From the NCBI GenBank assembly GCA_023205875.1, contig CP060771.1, forward strand, positions 62,001-126,000: a stretch of 64,000 bases of DNA. Direction: 5' to 3'. Below the pieces are notes generated by a model. It was given only the letters and a program-made list of their open reading frames with translations, searched no databases and had not been told where the DNA came from. Each line of letters opens with the position of its first letter. Positions within the stretch are counted from its first letter, which is position 1. The position numbers and the translations under genes are program-made. Positions 56,001 through 64,000 of this stretch are shown one piece after another. Source of the stretch: Chloropicon primus (lineage: Eukaryota).

Positions 56001-59000
56001 GAGGGCAGACATGTCTCTCAAGAGGAGGGAAAAGAAGCTCGAAGAGAGGCAAAGGATCCAGAATGATAGGGAGGAATACTTCGAGCAAGTGGAGGTTGAT
56101 ACGGACAAGAAATGGAAGGAATTGGAAAAGGCTAGGTACGAGCACGAGCAGGAGAAGGGAAAGCACGAAAGGGAGTGGTCTGATGTGAAGCACATGATGG
56201 AGAAGGTGAAGAATTGGGAGCACGAGGTCAGGAGAAATAAGGAGGAAGCGGAGAGGGAACAGGCTAGATTGAGGGAGATGAGGAGCGTCTTGGAGAAGGA
56301 GAAGACCCAGGTCGCGGAGCAGACCGTGAAATTGAGCAGGAGAATGGAGAAGCTCGAGGGCAAGGAGGAGACAATGTCAGCCATCGAAAGGGATTATCAG
56401 CAGGAGAAGCAAAAGAAATTGGAGAGCCTGAACACGAAGGAGGTACAAGTGTCTCGATTGAAGCAAGAGCTCGAGAAGGAGAAGTATGAGCTCGACGACC
56501 AGCTCTCGTCTCTCAAGAAGCGTGAGATTGCACTCAAGTCCGGAGAGGAGACCCTGGATTTCGAGAAGGAGAAGCTGGCAGAGTCCAAATCCGACTTCAA
56601 AAGGTTCATGAGCGAGGTTGCTCACATCAAGAGACAAGAGAAGCATCTGATTACGAGAGAAGAGAACGTGAGGGAGGCGGCTGAGAGGGCCGAGGAGCTC
56701 CTGGTGAAGGCCGAGATTGAGCGCCAGGAGGTCGAGAAGCACAAGCAGGCCCACGCTGAGACCGTTATGGGTTTGGAGAAGCACTTCAAAGAAGAGAAGG
56801 AGCGGTTGGACCAGCAAGAAGCCCAGATCCTCCAGATGGCCAAACAGGTGTCTCAGGCAAAGTCCAACGCAGACAACGCCATTCAAAAGGAAAGAGGGGA
56901 CTTGGAGAAATCCATGAGCCACTTGAAGTCTGAGCACCACACCATTGTCGAAGAAATCGCGACAAGGGAAGCGCTCCTGAAGGAAAGAGAGGACAGGCTT
57001 GAGAAGCATTCTGAGAAGCTGGAGGAGCAGGAAGAGCTGCTTAAGAAGCAGGTGAACGTCTTGTCGACGAGGGAGAATGAGCTCGGACTGCTGGAGCAGC
57101 TGATCAAGGAAACAGAGCAAAAGAGCAGATCGGAGATCAATGAGATCAAGGGGGAGCTCGCTTTGGCTAAGAAGAGTCTCGAGGAAGAGATCAAGATGTT
57201 CGAAGCAGAGCAGATGGATTTGAAGAAAAGACAGGACACGGTTGGTAAGATCGAGGCCGGATTGAAGCAGGAACTCCAAGTGGCCCAGGAGCACCACTCC
57301 CAGAAGCAAGCAGAGTACGAGAGGTATGTCGAGACTCTGAAGAACCAAGAGATGGCTTTGGTGAGCAAGGCAGAGAAGCTCCAGGAGGAGAGGAACAAGT
57401 ACGACGCTCAGAAGGACGAAATGGACGCCAAGGTCCGCGCCATAAACGAGAAGCTCAAGAGCCTCAAGGCGCAGGAAGAATCGCTGGCGCGGGACAGGAA
57501 GGAAGTCGACCGGGTCAGCTCATCCATGGCAAAGCAGCTGGAGGCACTCAACAAAGAATTCGAGGAGAAGCAAGAGAGTCTTGCCGCGAGGGAGGCGCAC
57601 ATCGCGTCCATCGAGAAGAAGGCCCGCAAGAGCTACGATGAGATGCTTGCCGTCGTTGCAGAGAAGAACGAGATGGTCCTCAAGAAGGAGAAGGCCTACG
57701 AGGAGAGGAAGGTGATGACCGAGCAAGCCCTCGCGAAGCACAAGTCAGACGTGGAGATATTCGCAAAGGCCCAAGAGGAGTTCAACTCTTACACCCAGGA
57801 GGCCATGAAGCAGTTCGAAGAGGAGAGAAGGATCACTACTCAGCTCAAAGAAAGCTTGTCCCAGGGCATCAAGGAGCAAGAGAAGCTGTACGCGGATCTC
57901 AAGGCAAAGAATGACGGCCTCAAGAAGGTCAGGTCGGACAGGGAGGCCAAGGTGCAGAAGCTGGATGACCAGATCAGCTCCTTGAGCGAGGTCATCGCCC
58001 AGCTCAAGAAGAACGAGTCGAAGCACGCGAGGGCGCAAGAAAGGTACGAGGAGGTACTTTCCATGCGGAAGGCCATCCAGAAGGACAAGGAGCAGATCTC
58101 CGAGAAGCTCCTGGAGTTGGACAGGAAGAAAGTTCTGATCAGCGACATTCAGCACAAGGTGGAGCAGAAAGAATCAAAGGCAAAGGCGGACAAGGTGAAG
58201 ATCGAGGACACACTGAATGAGATCAGTGACAAGGAGAGATCCATCCGCCAGCTGCACAGGCGGCTCCGGCAGTTCGAGGACGACCTCAAGGGCAAAGAAG
58301 CCGCCTTGGTCAAGAAAGCGACTGAGTTCAAGCAGAAGGAAGAGGTTTTCAAGAAGGACAGGCAGATCTACGGCGTGAACCTGCAGAGCCAAGAGAAGAA
58401 ACTGAATGACTTGGTGGCCCGGTCGGAAAGCATGCAGGCCGAGCTGTACAAGAGCAGGGAGACGATGAAGAAGATGGAGATCGAGATCGCCCAGATGACC
58501 TTCAGCAGGGATGAAGCAAAGGAGGCCTTGAAGGAAAGTCAGAGCGAGAAGAGGCAGCTCCTGAGCAAGCTAGAGAAGGAGTCCATCGCGCTCTTCAAAT
58601 CGAACACCCGGATCAAGGAGCTGGAGAAGACTGTTGGAGTGTGGACGGCCTCGTCTGACGTGCCGGTGCACGAGAAGTTTGCCCAGGAAGCGAAGAAGTT
58701 CGAGCAGAAGACCGAGGTCGTGATGAAGCAGGCCCTCCAATCCCTGCTGGAGCAGGAGAACAAGCTGAGCAAGACGAACAGCCACCTCTTCATTCTGAGG
58801 AACATGGTTCGCTTCAACAACGAGAAGCTGACCAAGAAGGAGGGCGAGATCAGGGAGGACAAGACGAGGTACAACACCATCAAGGACGAGTACACAAAGA
58901 TGCTGAAGGAGAAGGAGGACGCCGAGACCGGACTTTCCGAGGCGAAGGAGAGGCTGTCGATGCAAACGAGCAAGATCGGAGTCCTCGAGGAGGCCATGGC

Positions 59001-59775
59001 GACCGAGAAGCTTGAGCACCAGAAGGCCGTGGAGAAGGTCAAGTACTTGGAACTTGAGTCGGACAAGATGAGGACCGACCTGTCTGAAATCAAATCGAGC
59101 CACAAGGATGCCCTGAAAAAGTTGGAGGACCAGCAGAAGAATGCGCTCAAGACGCACTACGAGCTGCAAGCGGCCCAGAAGGCGGAGTCGAGACTGAGCG
59201 ATGACAACAAGGAGCTTCGGTCGAGAAGAAAGGTCCTGGAGGATCAGCTCGGCTCCCTCCAGAAGGCGTTCAACGATGTCACGGAGAGCGCCGCCCAGGC
59301 CGGCAGCAGCCTGGCCCAGACGACGACGCCTCTGAGGCCCATCGGGATGCGCCTGAGCAACCTGACGGCGTCCACCCCAGGGACGAAGCTCTTGGGGACG
59401 ATCGACAACTTGTTCGGGGGGCAGACCCCGGGAACCCCGGCCCTGGAGACGGGAAACAGGCTGAGGCTCCTCTCCCAGGTGCTGCAGAAGGGCAACAGGC
59501 AGCTGAAGAGGCTCAAGCTCTTGGTGTCGTCGGACGACCTGAGCAGAAGCCAGTCGGACAAGCTCAACTCCTCCATCGCCAACCTCGAGGACGAGCTCCC
59601 AGACCTCGTGAACGCGGTGAGGACCCTCGCCATGGACGTGTCCTCCCTCGGCAGGTTCGACACGGTCGGGCCAGAGTTCCAGCAGAGGGTGGAGGAGCAG
59701 GAGGCCGCGGCGGCAAAGTGGGAGCTCGAAGTCCACCAAGTCATCGAGGCCCTCCGCAGCCAGCCAACCTTTTAG
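53020..59775 (+). CDS. Very large intronless coiled-coil protein (2251 aa), function unknown
   Basis: Uninterrupted ORF, E/K/Q/R-rich heptads along nearly the whole length, normal codon bias. Confidence 0.85.
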   Translation: MSVSSEQVMDQLQSLESQWLDFQKQEASYSVKTNTPLSARVTQEAKEELMRERRSETTAPRTALQATTNLPPSAPRSEAGGAEQRSQEGTGFKVVPGQVLKNFSQRLLNDVEHARRTFLEENQQLQLESEQLRNESSQALRDKSVTFKQISESRRELQDLRAVIDTLKTDVQRTERRKDVLDSEVRRSEDHLEDTKSKAEEASSKLARAREAMSTELAQHKQGMESRERQLQEWELSLAKREERSKFWEEKLAHAEQLNTKCKERSTELDRRERDLDSKTFESERNIQEQLRRREDLIRECELYEKHAMELRSNVESLEHKKQECEEKVTKCEASILEATRACKRKMDEAANAHSESDHQLVRKKQSLALLDDEIQVRDAKLEALDHEVSEKKAHVENINAEIAERADQVAQLKRDEEKAERRLEKTQEANVKAQEDLVKCKEDADKLVEKRKQLEDSFEGQKKKDAVELEAIRKKTVSEIEAEGDEQRRRLALEVEQAGIVLHEKEKDFNNRCDDWDKEVKKRERALDDRAESLSKQEKDIKDRVEKVERYEAEYDRAYGELDERLSRLEEMEDNNNRETKELQKKAQELMVHEQQLHAWKQKLETETVADLKKKSKKLSEWEGKLSKKEELMKVSVMEFDRKQHEMQKRMEEYNIKAEKFEKASVILQDKRADIEQKWNAVSRKEIELESQTQRLSNFSKELDKKSTILEKYQEEISDKQKDITTNMEEIAQSRIKFQKESLEVANLKEKLEQRSEEVEAEMQKALQIQGECEEKSKTAESQLAKAEATLEAAAAWEEHKKQVEENWKTAAEQIEADRRSADKIVLQASQQRNALVASRESLKAIEQALQQRELQLQSTWRQMKAQTVDTFEATSEPLMIEDSVVSEIMNMSLPLNNLHNPPDLQSLEVIDTGLYDFAMNVYHQWSQLITQETKLQKWSHALQIEAAKVEKKQKQTRIEEKDMSEQVMQAAEKMADADKFEAELKSREEQVRRADMSLKRREKKLEERQRIQNDREEYFEQVEVDTDKKWKELEKARYEHEQEKGKHEREWSDVKHMMEKVKNWEHEVRRNKEEAEREQARLREMRSVLEKEKTQVAEQTVKLSRRMEKLEGKEETMSAIERDYQQEKQKKLESLNTKEVQVSRLKQELEKEKYELDDQLSSLKKREIALKSGEETLDFEKEKLAESKSDFKRFMSEVAHIKRQEKHLITREENVREAAERAEELLVKAEIERQEVEKHKQAHAETVMGLEKHFKEEKERLDQQEAQILQMAKQVSQAKSNADNAIQKERGDLEKSMSHLKSEHHTIVEEIATREALLKEREDRLEKHSEKLEEQEELLKKQVNVLSTRENELGLLEQLIKETEQKSRSEINEIKGELALAKKSLEEEIKMFEAEQMDLKKRQDTVGKIEAGLKQELQVAQEHHSQKQAEYERYVETLKNQEMALVSKAEKLQEERNKYDAQKDEMDAKVRAINEKLKSLKAQEESLARDRKEVDRVSSSMAKQLEALNKEFEEKQESLAAREAHIASIEKKARKSYDEMLAVVAEKNEMVLKKEKAYEERKVMTEQALAKHKSDVEIFAKAQEEFNSYTQEAMKQFEEERRITTQLKESLSQGIKEQEKLYADLKAKNDGLKKVRSDREAKVQKLDDQISSLSEVIAQLKKNESKHARAQERYEEVLSMRKAIQKDKEQISEKLLELDRKKVLISDIQHKVEQKESKAKADKVKIEDTLNEISDKERSIRQLHRRLRQFEDDLKGKEAALVKKATEFKQKEEVFKKDRQIYGVNLQSQEKKLNDLVARSESMQAELYKSRETMKKMEIEIAQMTFSRDEAKEALKESQSEKRQLLSKLEKESIALFKSNTRIKELEKTVGVWTASSDVPVHEKFAQEAKKFEQKTEVVMKQALQSLLEQENKLSKTNSHLFILRNMVRFNNEKLTKKEGEIREDKTRYNTIKDEYTKMLKEKEDAETGLSEAKERLSMQTSKIGVLEEAMATEKLEHQKAVEKVKYLELESDKMRTDLSEIKSSHKDALKKLEDQQKNALKTHYELQAAQKAESRLSDDNKELRSRRKVLEDQLGSLQKAFNDVTESAAQAGSSLAQTTTPLRPIGMRLSNLTASTPGTKLLGTIDNLFGGQTPGTPALETGNRLRLLSQVLQKGNRQLKRLKLLVSSDDLSRSQSDKLNSSIANLEDELPDLVNAVRTLAMDVSSLGRFDTVGPEFQQRVEEQEAAAAKWELEVHQVIEALRSQPTF

Positions 59776-59829
59776 GTCGAACCGCTTTCGATCGATCGAT
59801 TGGCACGCATATTGGTGTGTCGATTCCCG

Positions 59830-59860
<31 letters not shown>

Positions 59861-60523
59861 TTGGCGAGCTTTTCATGTAGTAAAAGAGGAATGTTATTGT
59901 TGTTTACATCATCACCCTCCTCATCGGTCGTGTATTCCTCAATCTTTTCAAGTGAGGAATATATCTTTGAAAAGAGCAAGAGACAACGGTTGTTTCCTTC
60001 CATCCATCACTCCTCACCACCACCATCACCTCCTTCCTCTCCCCTTGGCCTCCTTTCCCTTTGCCCTGATCAGTGATGATCCATGACCTTCTTTCCCGGT
60101 TACCCCATCAAGCGAGGGTTCTTTGGAAAGAGGGAGAGGAGCGTGAATTCACTGTCCTTCGACCTCCCACCGTCCCCCTCCTTCCCCGCCATCACCATCA
60201 CCATCACCATCACCACCACCACCACCACCACCTCCCCCGAGGTCATCACCTCACTGGGGAGATTCGGATCAGATCCTCCTCCCCCGAGGAGATCCGGGGG
60301 TGCTCAGCCATTCATTGGTCGGGAAGACCGAGAGGTACAAGGGAAGGGACGAGGGAAGGGAAGGGGGCGCAAGGACGAGGACGAGGGAAGGTTACGACGT
60401 GACGACCAAAAAGGAAACCTCACGAGCTTTCCGTACATCCCTCTCTCGAAGGATTTGGCCCACGGAGGACGACAGGAGAGTGAGTGGAGTGAGTGGAGTG
60501 GTGGAAGCCATAGCCATATAGCC

Positions 60524-61476
60524 ATGGTTGGCGCGCTGGGAGTGAGGGTGTGCAGCGTGCCGACGTGTTGGGCGAGGAGGGAGAGCGTTCTCCTCCGGCG
60601 GAAGGGTCAAGGCTGGTTCGGCCAAGGACTCGGGTGCGGAACGTTTAGGGAACACCTGACGAGTTTTCTCTGCAAGGCGAAGGAGGACGAGAGGAACGAG
60701 AGAGAGGGTGGCGACCCGAGCACCAACTATGATGAGTATGGGTTTGACGTGGACGAGGAGAGGGCGCTGGAAGAGCTCAGGACGGAATTCGAGCAGGTCG
60801 TGAAGCAGGTACGTTCGAACGAGGCGTTTGCTTCGGGTTGTCGTGGCCAAGTTGTCCCAAGAAGTTGCCATATTCCTTTGGGCTGACGGACAAACGCTCT
60901 TCTTCTTCTTCTTCTTCTTCTTTGTTGTTGTTGTTGTTGCCGGTCGTCGTGGACGACTAGAATTGGGACGGCCTGGAGCTGCAAGGGAAGGAAAAGCTAA
61001 CGGAGAAGTACCAGGACGAGTACGGCGTGGAGATCTGGTTGGAGAAGGACACCCCGGAGAAGCCGACCGAGGAGGCCCAAGAGCTCTTCGACTGGTGGAA
61101 CGAGCTCGACGACGTGTACGTTTTGATCTTCCAGCTCCAGAGCGAGGAGGACGGGATATTCACGCTGAAGGATTCGAGCACAGGGGAAGGTGAAGAGGGA
61201 GAGGGCGGAGGCAACTTCATCCTTTCCTTTGAAGATGCGGGGGAAGCGTCGAGGTACGCCAAGCGGCTCAGCGATAGCTTGCATGGCCTCAAGGCCGAGA
61301 CAGAGCGCATGGCGAGGGACGAGATTTTGCAGCTGTGCAAAGAGCTCGACGTGGGCATCAGGATTGTTCAGCAGGGAGGAGAGGAGCCTAATATACCGTC
61401 GTATGTCCACGTAGACGAGCTCGAGGACATCAGGCATTCCCTGGAGCAGCTGCTGCCGCCGGACGAGGAGTCCTAG
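60524..61476 (+). CDS. DUF3110-like, probably plastid-targeted protein; exons 60524-60808, 60961-61476
   Basis: VYVLIFQLQSEEDGIFTL..ILSFEDAGEASRYA resembles cyanobacterial DUF3110; in-frame splice. Confidence 0.65.
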
Positions 61477-61663
61477 GTGAAACAAATTCTTGATTGAGTT
61501 AAAAGGTTATATATATATATCTATACACACGCACACCTCCCCCTGCTACAACCACAAACACGACACAAGCACAACATACAAAAACCTATTCGTACACAAA
61601 ATAAAACAGAGAAGAGTGTGTGAGATTGTGGCAGGTTCCTCCGCCGCAAGCCCCGGCTTAGGC

Positions 61664-62548
61664 TCACAACGCCCTCTCCACCTTGTCTGCCTTCTTGTTC
61701 AGCAGCCAGCCAGAAATCGTGACCGAGAGCGGCCCCACGACGTTGCCGATGAGCGTGGGCACGGCCACCAGCCCAAGGGTCACCAAGTACGTGTTGGGCT
61801 TGGCGTCCTTGAGGATGACACCTATGAGAGTCTGCAGCGTGATGCTGATGAGGGCGCCTGTGGAAGTGCCCAAGAAGAACTGCTTTGGCTCCACACCCCC
61901 GAGGCCGCTGCAGAGGCACAGCGGACCCCTGAAACCGATGAAGAAGCGCTGGAAGAAGCCTATCTTGGACCCAAATCGTTCGAGCTGCTTTTTGGCCTTC
62001 ACGCCGTTCTTCGAGGTGTTCCAGTTGGGAAAGAAGCGAGACAGGATCCCCTTGTTCGCAGCCACGCCTATGAAGAACGTCACCATGTCGCTCAGCACCA
62101 CCCCGAGGTAAACCCAAGCATAAACCACGAGGTTCTGAGCCCACGTCCTCAGCATAACCTTGGACCCCACCCAGCAAACCAGGGCGTCCTCGCTGACGGG
62201 GATGCCGCACCCAGCTGCCAGGAGGTAAAGGAAATAATAATGAGGCGGACCTTGCAACGCTTGCGCGCTCATCCATTCCGCGATAGGAGGCAGCGCACGC
62301 GCCGTCGTTGTGGACGGCCTCCGTCGTCGTGTTCCAACGAGTTTCGTCGCCTGAGTACACGCTGGTGCTGGTCTCCGTCGGGGCAAGGACGGTGCTTCCG
62401 GCTTCCGCCTCGAAGAGGCGGACTTATCGCGGAACCCGTGACGCTCCCGTGGCCACGTTCCCTCCCTCAGCGACCTCGCCACTCCGCTGCGTCGTCCTCT
62501 GCCCTCCAGCCTCATCCCTCGCGTTGTCATCGCCATGCCGTGTCTCAT
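61664..62548 (-). CDS. DedA/VTT (SNARE-associated) membrane protein with transit-peptide-like N-terminus
   Basis: GCGIPVSEDALV..G, GVVLSDMVTFFIG, GFFQRFFIGFRGP..L.SG, F.LGT..GAL. Confidence 0.8.
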   Translation of the reverse strand: MRHGMAMTTRGMRLEGRGRRSGVARSLREGTWPRERHGFRDKSASSRRKPEAPSLPRRRPAPACTQATKLVGTRRRRPSTTTARALPPIAEWMSAQALQGPPHYYFLYLLAAGCGIPVSEDALVCWVGSKVMLRTWAQNLVVYAWVYLGVVLSDMVTFFIGVAANKGILSRFFPNWNTSKNGVKAKKQLERFGSKIGFFQRFFIGFRGPLCLCSGLGGVEPKQFFLGTSTGALISITLQTLIGVILKDAKPNTYLVTLGLVAVPTLIGNVVGPLSVTISGWLLNKKADKVERAL

Positions 62549-63286
62549 GGCATGAAACACCCAAGCCCTTGGCCAAATGGGTCGAGTGAGGTACCAACGT
62601 AAAGACCGTGAGACGGACGACCGCGTTGGTACCCCTCTCACCTCTTGACCCTCCGCCCTCTCTCTCTCGTCGCCGACGACGACACGATCGCGCCTTTGCC
62701 TTGGGCCTGCGCGCTGGATTCTGCGGCTGAGAGCGATCCTGGAGGGGTGGAGATCTTGATCATCGCGTCGGTGCTGCAGGGAGAGGGAAGTCACAGGATC
62801 AGGACGCCTCCGTAACCATCCGTAACCTCTGTTTGGCTTGCTCCTCCGATCCGACCTGATCCAATCCGATCGCTTGCTTGCTTGGCCTTCTTCTTCTGAT
62901 CGATCGTAACGCAAACGCAACGCAACGCTTGCTGGAGCAATCCATCCTTGAGGTGATGCCGTCGTCGTCGTCGTCGTCGTCGTCGTTGTCCCTCCCTCCC
63001 GTCGAGTCGATCGCTTGCTCTTCTTCTGATCGATCGATGGAGAGCAAGCGACAGAAGAGCAAGCAAGCAAGCAAGCAAGTGATCGACCGATCGATCGATC
63101 GGAGGTGTTGCTCTCCCTCTCCACTTGGCTTCCTCCATCGGCACCCGGGGGGAAGGATCGTCGCCTCCTTCTCGTCTGACTGAAAGAGCCAGCAAAAGTA
63201 GAGCAAGCAAGTGATCGATCGGTCGATCGGAGGTGTAGGTGTGGCTCTCGTCGTCGTGCTGTCGCCAAGCCAGCGAGTGCTTGGCA

Positions 63287-64000
63287 ATGGAAGGTGATCG
63301 CAAGGCCACGGGCGAGCGCCTCGGGAGCGCGGCCAAGCTTGTGTGCATGATGATGGCCCACGAGGATTCACACGACCTGCTGGCGAGGATGAAGAACGCT
63401 GTCGTGCGTTACGACGCGAAGGGTGCTTTGAGCGTACTGGAGACTCTGGAGAGCAGAAAGGGCGACGCGGCGGGGGAGCACAAGACTTCGGGGGAGCACA
63501 AGGCCAAGGAGAATCTGCAGGTCATGGTCTTCTGGGCGCGGATGCTGGTCCTCATCAACGAGCTGCACAAGGGATGTATCGAGAACGTGAGCATCAGTCA
63601 GAGGGGCCTGTGGTACAAGGTGAAGGGCAAGGAGATCCCCAACTCGAACAAGCTCTACTTCCCGTCCATGCATGTTCTCTGCGACTCGATCGGTAAGCTC
63701 TGCGCGTTTCTGGACGTGCCAAAGCACAGCCTGGGAATCGTGACGAGTCCAAAGGGATTCGTGTACGGCAGGCTGATCATCGAATCGGCGGGGAAGGAGG
63801 CGGCCGTGAATTGCTTCAGAGAAGGCGGGCACAGCATCTGCGGCAACCCAGACACGATTAAGGGGTTCACTTTCAAGTGCTCCGCGACGTGCATCCTCGT
63901 GATCGAGAAGGAGACCATATTCAAAACGCTGATCGAGGAGGGGCTCGTGGACAAGCTGCACGTCATATTGGTCACAGCAAAAGGTTATCCTGACATTGCG
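63287..64000 (+). CDS. SPO11: SPO11/Topo VI-A family transesterase, meiotic type (probably SPO11-2); truncated at window end
   Basis: Manual translation, absent from the ORF track: SQRGLWYK (catalytic Tyr), SLGIVTSPKGFVYG, ILVIEKETIF, LVTAKGYPDIA TOPRIM. Confidence 0.9.
   Translation, partial: MEGDRKATGERLGSAAKLVCMMMAHEDSHDLLARMKNAVVRYDAKGALSVLETLESRKGDAAGEHKTSGEHKAKENLQVMVFWARMLVLINELHKGCIENVSISQRGLWYKVKGKEIPNSNKLYFPSMHVLCDSIGKLCAFLDVPKHSLGIVTSPKGFVYGRLIIESAGKEAAVNCFREGGHSICGNPDTIKGFTFKCSATCILVIEKETIFKTLIEEGLVDKLHVILVTAKGYPDIA

Noticed and set aside
61664..63361. 565-aa ORF as a full-length DedA protein
   Set aside because: The upstream part runs through microsatellite promoter DNA and overlaps the SPO11 start; the real start is probably near 62548
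63343..63696. 117-aa ORF-track entry
   Set aside because: Out-of-frame overlap with the SPO11 reading frame

Overview
Gene-dense, intron-poor, GC-rich eukaryotic nuclear DNA with microsatellite-rich spacers. GT-AG introns with distant CTRAC branch points, TGTAA poly(A) signals and plastid-related genes (Tic22, aspartate kinase, DUF3110) point to a compact chlorophyte picoalga; a Chloropicon-like identity is inference only. About 25 protein genes are supported: CWC15, an atypical MAPK, EMC8/9, dephospho-CoA kinase, two tandem MBOAT/LPLAT paralogs, KLHDC4-like kelch, an HCN-like channel, a divergent ARL GTPase, SHAQKYF MYB, DNase II, IFT140, DNAAF6/PIH1D3, BAT2/MOS1-like, TFIIA large subunit, Tic22, Nup35, a HERC-type E3, exportin-4-like, aspartate kinase, AAMP/Sqt1-like WD40, a 2251-aa coiled-coil protein, DUF3110, DedA/VTT, and SPO11 (truncated by the window end). 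The most interesting non-coding signals are: (1) candidate recursive-splicing (zero-length exon, AG|GT) sites in 5' leaders, namely a triplicated intron module upstream of MBOAT-1 and an independent site upstream of Nup35; (2) a ~370-nt inverted repeat between the divergent flagellar genes IFT140 and DNAAF6; (3) an H/ACA-like structured RNA candidate in the DNase II leader intron. No rRNA, tRNA, CRISPR or autonomous transposon was recognised.
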